A DNA stretch of 32,000 nucleotides from Candidatus Altimarinota bacterium (GTDB lineage: Bacteria; Patescibacteriota; Gracilibacteria; UBA1369), in NCBI GenBank assembly GCA_041659405.1, contig JBAZYK010000003.1, positions 1 through 32,000 of the forward strand, written 5' to 3'. A program made the translations under genes and the position numbers. A model generated the notes under the pieces. That model saw only the letters and a program-made list of their open reading frames with translations, was not told the DNA's origin and made no database searches. How positions within the stretch are numbered: position 1 is the first letter of the stretch; each line of letters starts with the position of its first letter. Shown in pieces: positions 25,027-32,000 of this stretch.

Positions 25027-25907
25027 TGCTCACAACTTTACTTAGTTTATTTACGGCCGGAAGTTTACTTATACCCAATTTTTCCGATCCACCAATAAAT
25101 AATTGGCAAAGCAGTTCATTGCTGGAAGTTTCCTCACTGCCAAAAGTAAAAGAAAACAATATCGGACCTGTGATAAAAGCAAAATCAGCCATTGCGGTTG
25201 ATTTAAAAACGGGCCTGGCACTTTACGAAAAAAACATTCACGATCAAAGATCAATCGCCAGCATTACCAAATTAATGACGGTTGTAATTATTTTGGAAGA
25301 AAACAAAATGGATGATGTGGTAACGGTTCCTCAAAAAATCACCACAGTTCAGGGCACAAAAATATGGCTGGCCCCCGGTGAAAAAATTACCGTAGAAAAC
25401 CTGCTTTATGCAGCCTTAATCCCTTCCGCCAATGATGCCGCTTATACTTTGGCAAACTACAACAGCAATGGAAACATTGACGAATTTATAAAAAAGATGA
25501 ACCAGAAAGCCTTGGAACTTGGCCTTTATGATACTCATTTCACCAATCCAATCGGACTGGATGATGAAGGCAATTATTCCAGCGCCTATGATCTTACCTT
25601 GCTCGGCCGCTACGCTTACAGTAAAGCTTTCGTTCGCCAAGCAACGGTTTTAAAAGATCGGGAAATAAGCTCAACCAACGGCAGACTGGTCCACAAACTT
25701 AAAACCACCAATGACCTTTTGAACAGTTATCTTAAAGTTTTAGGTCTTAAAACAGGCACAACCGACCAGGCCGGAGAATGTTTGATCGCCGTCATTGAAA
25801 ATGATAAGGGCCGTGATATTCTAACGGTGACTTTAGGCAGCCCTGACCGCTATAAAGAAACCAAAATTTTAGCCGACTGGGTTTTTAGGAGTTATAACTG
25901 GTATTAA
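25026..25907 (+). CDS. D-alanyl-D-alanine carboxypeptidase (peptidase S11, PBP5-like, no C-terminal domain)
   Basis: SxxK (SIASITKLMT), SxN (PSAND), KTG (KTGTT). The ATG overlaps the LCP stop as TAATG (25024-25028). Confidence 0.88.
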   Translation: MLTTLLSLFTAGSLLIPNFSDPPINNWQSSSLLEVSSLPKVKENNIGPVIKAKSAIAVDLKTGLALYEKNIHDQRSIASITKLMTVVIILEENKMDDVVTVPQKITTVQGTKIWLAPGEKITVENLLYAALIPSANDAAYTLANYNSNGNIDEFIKKMNQKALELGLYDTHFTNPIGLDDEGNYSSAYDLTLLGRYAYSKAFVRQATVLKDREISSTNGRLVHKLKTTNDLLNSYLKVLGLKTGTTDQAGECLIAVIENDKGRDILTVTLGSPDRYKETKILADWVFRSYNWY

Positions 25908-25941
25908 ACCTAAACCAAAATAATTCCCTTAATTTTAGGCA

Positions 25942-27018
25942 ATGAACAGTATCCTCACTACCATCAATTTCCCTCAAACGATTCGTAATTTAACTCTGAT
26001 TCTTGGTTCGGAAGTGAGTGCTTTCGTGATCACGTTAATCATTGCGCCTTTTTTTATAAAAATTCTTCACAAATATAAAATCGGCAAGCAACTGCGTGAA
26101 AAAGCTTCAACCGGAGAAATCGCCAGCATTTTTAATGAATTACACGCAAAAAAAAGGGGGACACCGACCATGGGCGGAATTTTAATTTGGGGAACCACAT
26201 TATTGGTTGTTTTAGGATCGTGGCTTTCCTCGGCCTTGGGTATCACAGAACATTCACTTTTGAATCGTAACGAAACTTGGCTGCCAATTTTCACGCTTGT
26301 CACTACCGCCATCCTTGGCGCAATTGACGATTATCTAAATATTAAAGGTCTTGGCAAAAACAAAGGTCTCAACATTAAACCAAAATTTTTCTGGCTTTTT
26401 GCGCTTGCCACACTGGGCGCGCTCTGGTTCTTTTTCCGCCTTGGCTACGATCAAATTTTGATCCCGGGACTTGGCAACATCACAATCGGCATTTGGTACA
26501 TCCCGCTGTTTATTCTTGTGATTACCGCCACTTCCAACGCCGTAAACATTACCGATGGACTCGATGGACTTGCGGGCGGTTTGTTGATCATTGCCTTTGC
26601 CGCTTTTGGAATTTTAGCTTACGCCAAAGGTTTACTTATTTTATCAGCGTTATGCGCAGTAATAAGTGGATCTTTAATTGGATTTCTTTGGTTTAACATC
26701 TTCCCCGCCCGTTTTTATATGGGCGATACCGGTGCTCTATCTTTAGGCGCGACCCTGGGCGTAATTGCCATGATGACCGATGCCGTTGCCGTACTGCCAT
26801 TAATCGGTTTTATTTTTGTAGTCGAAACCGGTTCGGTAATTTTGCAGGTTGCCTCCAAAAAATTCCTCAAAAGAAAACTTTTTCATATTGCCCCACTACA
26901 TCATCACTTTGAAAAAAGCGGTTGGAGTGAACCAAACATAGTAATGAGATTTTGGATTATGGGGGCCTTCTTTGCTGCCATTGGATTGATTCTGGGTTTA
27001 CTCGCTCTTGGCTCTTAA
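25942..27018 (+). CDS. mraY: phospho-N-acetylmuramoyl-pentapeptide transferase
   Basis: GTPTMGG, DDYLNIKG, NAVNITDGLDGLAGG, MGDTGALSLG, PLHHHFE. Ten-TM-type hydropathy. Confidence 0.95.
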   Translation: MNSILTTINFPQTIRNLTLILGSEVSAFVITLIIAPFFIKILHKYKIGKQLREKASTGEIASIFNELHAKKRGTPTMGGILIWGTTLLVVLGSWLSSALGITEHSLLNRNETWLPIFTLVTTAILGAIDDYLNIKGLGKNKGLNIKPKFFWLFALATLGALWFFFRLGYDQILIPGLGNITIGIWYIPLFILVITATSNAVNITDGLDGLAGGLLIIAFAAFGILAYAKGLLILSALCAVISGSLIGFLWFNIFPARFYMGDTGALSLGATLGVIAMMTDAVAVLPLIGFIFVVETGSVILQVASKKFLKRKLFHIAPLHHHFEKSGWSEPNIVMRFWIMGAFFAAIGLILGLLALGS

Positions 27019-27047
27019 AACGAAGTTAAATTCGTCACACCCTATCT

Positions 27048-29273
27048 TTAAAGTTGAGTATTGGGATCACTTACCGGCTGGGTACTTTGTAAACCCGTTT
27101 GTGGGTCTGTATCAATAATTTGAGTTGTTGCCGGAACCTCCTGAGTATTTGCGTTATCAACCGTAGAAGTTTGAGCCGGAACAACAGTGGAACCCTCTCC
27201 GTTCACGGCAGGAACAGGCGCTTCGTGCGCAAGCACAGGCTGCGTAATTACCATTTGCGAAAATGGCACAGAGGAAGTCCCCTTATCGGCACCCTGTTTT
27301 TCAATTAACGTCACAACTCCCAAATTTTGAGGAACTTTAGCCTGAGCCTGCTCTTCGGTAGTTTGCTGTATGCCCTTATCATTCATTTCCAAAAGCTTAT
27401 TAAGTTTTATGATCGACTCATCATCACGAACCGTCTGACTTAAATACATCTGGGAAAGATCTTTCAATTCCTGAATTAAATTAGAAGGAACCGCCTGAGG
27501 CAATTTCTGCAAAGCGGCAATCAATTTATCCAAAACACTACGGCGAATAACTCGTATCTGCGCAAGAAACTTGGCCTGCTCCGGCCCACTCAATAATTTT
27601 TCAATAGCAACCAAAACCTTTAACTGCTCAATCTGTTTGTCAAAAATACTTGATAAAGTATCTTTTAATTTGGCAAAATCATCACCATCTATCTTCAAAA
27701 CAAAATCGTCAATCTGATTTTGATATCGACGCAAAACACGATCCGCCATTGCCAAATCTTTCTTAGCAAGCAAACCCTGAATTTCCAGCAATTTTTCCTC
27801 AGCCTGGGAAAGACTGATCAAAGCGCGATCAATATTATTTTGAACCAAAAACAGTTGAGTTGCTTCAATTACTTCTTTAGCGGGATACAAAATATCTCCG
27901 GGTAAAAATGTCACTAAATCCTTATACTGTTGCCCAATTTTTGACTGCATCAATGTTCGTAAAATTTCGGTATTTACAGCATCCGCTTTTGCAAGATTTG
28001 TATAAGCATCCATAAAAGACTGGACCCCACTTCTAAACTGGAAAACCAGCTTCATACCATCAATATCCTGGTGTTGAAGCAAAAGTTTTTCACCCTGCAG
28101 TAAAGCCTTATAATTTTCAATAAAAGCCAATCTTTGTCTTTCCAAATCAACATTGGCAAAAGGTTTTCCATTATCCAGATCGGCGGAAGCGGAAAGAACA
28201 TCGGCTGTTCCCGTACTTGAAGCCACAGGATTCAGCTGATCTTCTTTTTCAGAAGCGATTTTCACAGAATGCTCTTTATCACGTTCCAGATTAGACTTAA
28301 CCCATAAATTGGAATCGGCATTGGCGCCATCCTGAGCCACCCGTGAAATATAGGTTGTTTTCAAATTATCCGGAGAAACATCCGCCTGAAAACCGGCCAC
28401 AATTGGTTTTATCTGATTAGGCAAACTTGATTTGGCCGAAAAATCGACCACATTATCAAAAACCGCCAAAGTTGAATGCATTGGCTGAACCTGAACATCA
28501 AAAACCGCTTTTTTGGTTGCAGTCACAGACCCCTGAGCCGTGTCCACTATAAAATGGGACTTTTCATCAACCAAATTTAAAACTTTAGTCCAAAGTCTTC
28601 CCTGGTTAACGGCAATTTCAACCTGAGTGGAATTATTATTTAAAGGCTCAGAATAAAGTTTGCGAAGCTGGATATAAGTATTTTGCCCTAAACGGCTGGT
28701 ACTATCATCAAAAAAACGGATGGTCGCAAAACTTTTATCTTTAGTAATGATGATATCGCCTTCACGCAAAGAAAATTCCTGTTTAGCCAAAAGATTTTGA
28801 CCATTACGCAAGACATAAACCTGACCATAAAACTCCTCAATATAGGTAAGTTTAGAAGCAAAAGTAACCGGTGTTTGAAACGGCATAAGAACCAAAGTTC
28901 CAAACATCATAACAACCAAAAGCACCGAAGCAAAAACCGATCTAAAATACCCCGGTCTTTGCAACAAACCAAAAGCCCCCTCCGGCATTTCATAATTTTT
29001 CACGGCACGCATTACGCGCTTTTTCAAAACCGCATTTGCCGCAACCGGAAGCCTAAGTCCATTAACCAGCTCTTGAATATATTGAACCAAAGACAAAACA
29101 TCTTCTTCATAACAATCACTTCTTTGCATTAAATTAACCTTCTGCATCAACTGTTTTTTCAAACTCTTTTTTTGATTTGCAGCAAGGCCAAAACTTGGCT
29201 TCAAAAAAACCTTCAAACTTTCTTCAAGTTTTTCGAGTTCTTTCTGATTGTTTTTTCTCCAGAACAAATTCAT
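27048..29273 (-). CDS. membrane-spanning FecR-domain protein with a long helical (DUF5667-like) ectodomain; putative anti-sigma factor
   Basis: Cytoplasmic N-terminus, one TM (FRSVFASVLLVVMMFGTLVLM), FecR-like beta domain (GQVYVLRNGQ...LREGDIIITKDKSFATIRFFDDSTSRLGQNTYIQL), then about 350 aa helical and a Q/T/P-rich tail. Sits immediately downstream of an ECF sigma gene. Start is ATG 29273, or TTG 29300 as in the track. Confidence 0.72.
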   Translation of the reverse strand: MNLFWRKNNQKELEKLEESLKVFLKPSFGLAANQKKSLKKQLMQKVNLMQRSDCYEEDVLSLVQYIQELVNGLRLPVAANAVLKKRVMRAVKNYEMPEGAFGLLQRPGYFRSVFASVLLVVMMFGTLVLMPFQTPVTFASKLTYIEEFYGQVYVLRNGQNLLAKQEFSLREGDIIITKDKSFATIRFFDDSTSRLGQNTYIQLRKLYSEPLNNNSTQVEIAVNQGRLWTKVLNLVDEKSHFIVDTAQGSVTATKKAVFDVQVQPMHSTLAVFDNVVDFSAKSSLPNQIKPIVAGFQADVSPDNLKTTYISRVAQDGANADSNLWVKSNLERDKEHSVKIASEKEDQLNPVASSTGTADVLSASADLDNGKPFANVDLERQRLAFIENYKALLQGEKLLLQHQDIDGMKLVFQFRSGVQSFMDAYTNLAKADAVNTEILRTLMQSKIGQQYKDLVTFLPGDILYPAKEVIEATQLFLVQNNIDRALISLSQAEEKLLEIQGLLAKKDLAMADRVLRRYQNQIDDFVLKIDGDDFAKLKDTLSSIFDKQIEQLKVLVAIEKLLSGPEQAKFLAQIRVIRRSVLDKLIAALQKLPQAVPSNLIQELKDLSQMYLSQTVRDDESIIKLNKLLEMNDKGIQQTTEEQAQAKVPQNLGVVTLIEKQGADKGTSSVPFSQMVITQPVLAHEAPVPAVNGEGSTVVPAQTSTVDNANTQEVPATTQIIDTDPQTGLQSTQPVSDPNTQL

Positions 29274-29327
29274 ATAATTAGAGGGAACCGCTGAGTACAA
29301 CGTGAAAAAATCTTTCTTGTTACGATT

Positions 29328-29900
29328 TTAAGAGTGGATATTCATATCTTCCAAAACCTTTTTGAGCGCCTGTAAAGCTCTCATTTTCAAAATTCGCAAA
29401 CTTCCTTCGCTCTTATTCATAATTTTGGCGATTTCATCGTTTTGCAATTCACTGACATATTTCAGCAAAAGAATTTGTTGATATTTTTTCTTGAGTTTGG
29501 AAATAGCCAATTTAAGACGATCACGACTTAATTTTCGCTCGGTAACATAAACCGGATCAGACTCACGTTTATTGTCACGCAAACTTTCGTCCAGAGGGAA
29601 AGATTCCTTATTCATACGGTAATGATCCACGACCATATTGTGCGCAATTCTAAAAACCCAAGCCGAAAAAGCACTATCCGGTGATTTTTTATAACCCTTC
29701 ATTCGCTCCCAAATCTTCAAAAAAACGCCTTCAGTCAGGTCTAAAGCATCCTCTTTATTGACCCTAAAATAGATATATCTGTAAACCGGCTGAACAAAAA
29801 AATCGTAAAGCTTTGCAAAAGCTTCAGTTTGCCCGTTCTGGGCTTCTATAACCAGTTCCTCTATCTCTATTTCACGCTCTTTCAGATCTTTTTCAGCCAT
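29328..29900 (-). CDS. ECF-type sigma-70 family RNA polymerase sigma factor
   Basis: Region 2: FAKLYDFFVQPVYRYIYFRV...DALDLTEGVFLKIWERM. Region 4 HTH: LLLKYVSELQNDEIAKIMNKSEGSLRILKMRALQALKKVL. Start taken at the first ATG (29900). The track's 40 extra N-terminal codons begin at a TTG and look non-coding. Confidence 0.88.
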   Translation of the reverse strand: MAEKDLKEREIEIEELVIEAQNGQTEAFAKLYDFFVQPVYRYIYFRVNKEDALDLTEGVFLKIWERMKGYKKSPDSAFSAWVFRIAHNMVVDHYRMNKESFPLDESLRDNKRESDPVYVTERKLSRDRLKLAISKLKKKYQQILLLKYVSELQNDEIAKIMNKSEGSLRILKMRALQALKKVLEDMNIHS

Positions 29901-30022
29901 AGCGATTAAGTAAGCACAACTAAAATAGTCGAAATAGGCCAAAAAGGAAAGAAGCAAAGTATCGATTAAGGCTTCCTTAAAACAAAAATTTGTGATAAAA
30001 TAATATAATATTTGAAACAAAA

Positions 30023-32000
30023 ATGAACACAGCCAAAAAACTCCTAAAATTCGGTGAATGTCTCAACTTTTCAGATGAAAATCTGAAAGGAAGATTTGTG
30101 TTTCAAACCGCCAGCACAGGCGGAGCTGGTGGAACCGCTGAAGGTGCCGCAAAAGACAAACCACCGGTTGCGGTTCCGGAAACTAAAGAAACTGGCCCAA
30201 AAGTACCGGAAGCAGACAAAGCAAAAAAAGCAGCAGAAATTCATGGCGAAACAAGGGCCCTCCTAAAGGCTGAAATGGAAAAGAAATTGCAGGAAATCGC
30301 AGCCAGAAAAGAAGCCATCACCAAAGAAAAAACAGATAATGATGCTGAACTAAAAAAAATCCTCGGAGCAAAAGACGAATGGTCTACACGTCAACCGGAT
30401 TTTGACTTAAACACTCCTGCAAAAATTAAAATACCAGATACCACTGCAATTGGAAAATTAGCTGGAAGTTTAGTTGGAGATGTTGACGCGACCCCATCCA
30501 GAATTGCCACACAGGCAGAAAAAACTTTTGCAAAAGCCGAAAACCCAACAGCAGACACAAAACCTGAACTCGTTAAACTTGGCGAATTTTTAAAATTAAT
30601 CACTCTCCCGGAATTTCCACAAAGCCAGGGGAACAGGAATATTTTACGAGACACTGTTTCTACTTTGATCAACGAGTATCTTCACCACATGCCACAGCCG
30701 GTAACCAAGGAATCATCCGAAGGTTACAAAGATCAACTTATGGGTCGATTTCAAGCTTTTGGTGAAAAAATTCAAGCTCAAGCAAACGGCAAACCATTGG
30801 AACTTATGATTGGTTTAAGCGCATATCTCAAAAAAATCGATCCGACTTTTGATTTCATCAATGCCAATGGAACCTTTCAGCCTGAAGGATTAAAAAATTT
30901 ATTAGTCCTGACTGATCCTGCAACCTTATTGGAAAATTTTCAAAAAAATCAAAATATTGATAAAGAATCGGGCAATCTTTCAAGAGACAAAATAAATGGA
31001 GAAAGTGCATTAGCCACGGCTCAAGAACAACCAGTCGACGCTAAAAAAATGATTCAAGATGGAACACTTAAATTTACAGCAAGAACCATCACTCTTCCGG
31101 CAGAAGCCGATAAAATTGATGAATTTCTAAAAGAAGAATTCGGCAAAGCCTTAGACCCAAAACTTAATTCAAACCTAAAAGAAGCAGCCATAGCTTACGC
31201 CATGGAAAAAGCCAAAGACCTCAAACAACCGGGTCAAAAATTGATCTTGGCCGAAAACGGAGAAAGCGCTGCTGTAAGCGAAGCAGCTGAAGCCCAAAAG
31301 AAAAAAGAAGCCGAAGAAACTGCCAAAAAATTAGCTGAACAAGCTTCAACTATGGCCGGTAATCCGGATGTAAAACCTGGACAAGAAAGCGAATTGGGCA
31401 TTGCAAGTTTTGGGGCTTTAATTGCTAAATTTTTTGAATACATAGCCGACCTCCTGAAAAATTTTGGAGGATTCAATTTTGGTTCAAAAGAAGTTAATAA
31501 AAACCTGGAAGCCAGACTTAAAAACTGGACTCCATTACCAACCGAAGAAGAACTTAAAGAAGTCGGAAAATTTGAAGCCGCCATACTAAAAGGTATTCCA
31601 AAAATCAACAAAAAGAATCTGGCAAAATTATTGGAAAATAGAGATGAAATGCGTAATCACATTTTCACAAGCAACCCAGGCAACTTAAGCTGGGAAACAT
31701 ATTTATTTGACCCAAAAAAAGGCCGCATAACCGCAGAAGAGCGCGCCAAACTTGAAGACCAAACCAAAGAACTTAAACCAAGCGAAATCAGCACAATGAT
31801 TATGATGAAAGATCCGAAAAAGGCTCCTGAACAAACTGCTGCTGCCGCTACTGCAACACCGGCAGTCGCACCAAGCCAAACACCAGCAACCGAAACACCG
31901 GCAGTCGCACCAAACCAAACCCCAGCAACGACATCACCAACAACCCCCGAAGTTGTACCAGCAACACCACCGCCACCATTAAACCATGAAGTGGCAACAA
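30023..32000 (+). CDS. large charged orphan protein, partial (>=659 aa, continues beyond the right edge)
   Basis: Absent from the ORF track (no stop in-window). ATG at 30023. I read the frame through to 31999 without a stop. K/E/A-rich, with one amphipathic/hydrophobic patch (LGIASFGALIAKFFEYIADLL) and a PT/A-rich repeat tail. Minus-strand ORFs 30391..30672, 31234..31611 and 31703..31918 are shadows. Confidence 0.7.
   Translation, partial: MNTAKKLLKFGECLNFSDENLKGRFVFQTASTGGAGGTAEGAAKDKPPVAVPETKETGPKVPEADKAKKAAEIHGETRALLKAEMEKKLQEIAARKEAITKEKTDNDAELKKILGAKDEWSTRQPDFDLNTPAKIKIPDTTAIGKLAGSLVGDVDATPSRIATQAEKTFAKAENPTADTKPELVKLGEFLKLITLPEFPQSQGNRNILRDTVSTLINEYLHHMPQPVTKESSEGYKDQLMGRFQAFGEKIQAQANGKPLELMIGLSAYLKKIDPTFDFINANGTFQPEGLKNLLVLTDPATLLENFQKNQNIDKESGNLSRDKINGESALATAQEQPVDAKKMIQDGTLKFTARTITLPAEADKIDEFLKEEFGKALDPKLNSNLKEAAIAYAMEKAKDLKQPGQKLILAENGESAAVSEAAEAQKKKEAEETAKKLAEQASTMAGNPDVKPGQESELGIASFGALIAKFFEYIADLLKNFGGFNFGSKEVNKNLEARLKNWTPLPTEEELKEVGKFEAAILKGIPKINKKNLAKLLENRDEMRNHIFTSNPGNLSWETYLFDPKKGRITAEERAKLEDQTKELKPSEISTMIMMKDPKKAPEQTAAAATATPAVAPSQTPATETPAVAPNQTPATTSPTTPEVVPATPPPPLNHEVAT
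31856..31933 (+). repeat. in-frame 39-bp tandem repeat x2 (TPAVAPSQTPATE / TPAVAPNQTPATT)
   Basis: acaccggcagtcgcaccaagccaaacaccagcaaccgaa, then acaccggcagtcgcaccaaaccaaaccccagcaacgaca. Followed by more P/T-rich sequence up to the window edge. Confidence 0.85.

Noticed and set aside
27020-27035. ACGAA-GTTAAA-TTCGT hairpin between convergent mraY and the anti-sigma gene, as a bidirectional terminator.
   Set aside because: The stem is only 5 bp and AT-rich. There is a T4 run on the minus strand only, and the hairpin sits within 2 nt of the mraY stop. This is too weak to call.
30391-31918. Minus-strand ORFs 30391..30672, 31234..31611 and 31703..31918 in the track.
   Set aside because: They are antisense to a continuous >=659-codon plus-strand frame starting at 30023. 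Their sequences are low-complexity and Cys/Phe/Ser-rich, typical of shadows of K/E-rich genes.
1-32000. Scan for CRISPR repeats, IS or transposon ends, long inverted or direct repeats, DGR template/variable repeat pairs, and known defence-system hallmarks.
   Set aside because: I saw no repeat-spacer periodicity. I recognised no reverse transcriptase, nuclease-helicase, transposase or integrase motif in any frame. The only repeats seen are short in-frame coding tandems. By-eye scanning cannot exclude diverged long-range repeats.

Overview
Dense chromosomal window with about 29 protein genes and one tRNA. I found no CRISPR array, transposase, integrase, phage gene or recognisable defence or toxin module. 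All calls rest on motif recognition by eye; no database search or computation was run.

Gene content suggests an uncultivated small-genome bacterium of the CPR/Patescibacteria type. This is inference, based on a short ComEC without a beta-lactamase domain, DUF3048, SLH/LCP envelope genes, several large K/E-rich orphan proteins and almost no Shine-Dalgarno motifs. The standard genetic code applies.

Recognisable genes, left to right:
- ABC-F ATPase (partial), ProX/YbaK-type deacylase and tRNA-Glu(UUC)
- small secreted and membrane orphans, a DUF3048 protein
- RarA, Fe/Mn superoxide dismutase, a zinc-ribbon NMD3-like protein, a single-cluster ferredoxin and NrnA
- an ATP-cone/RNR-like protein, an 812-aa coiled-coil orphan, a membrane-anchored SAM methyltransferase and ComEC
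- a complete arginine-to-putrescine set (aguB-aguA-speA) followed by a TrmB-type regulator
- an envelope block: lipoprotein, SLHx3-CAPx2 wall protein, LCP ligase, D-Ala-D-Ala carboxypeptidase, MraY
- an ECF sigma/FecR anti-sigma pair divergent from a large charged orphan that runs off the right edge

Best candidates for undescribed biology:
1. The ATP-cone fused to a truncated, catalytically dead class II ribonucleotide-reductase core, tightly followed by the 812-aa repeat protein.
2. The ECF/anti-sigma pair together with the divergent giant orphan.
3. The two orphans downstream of rarA, a 186-190-aa protein and a 68-aa Cys-rich two-TM protein.

None of these can be assigned a function from sequence alone.
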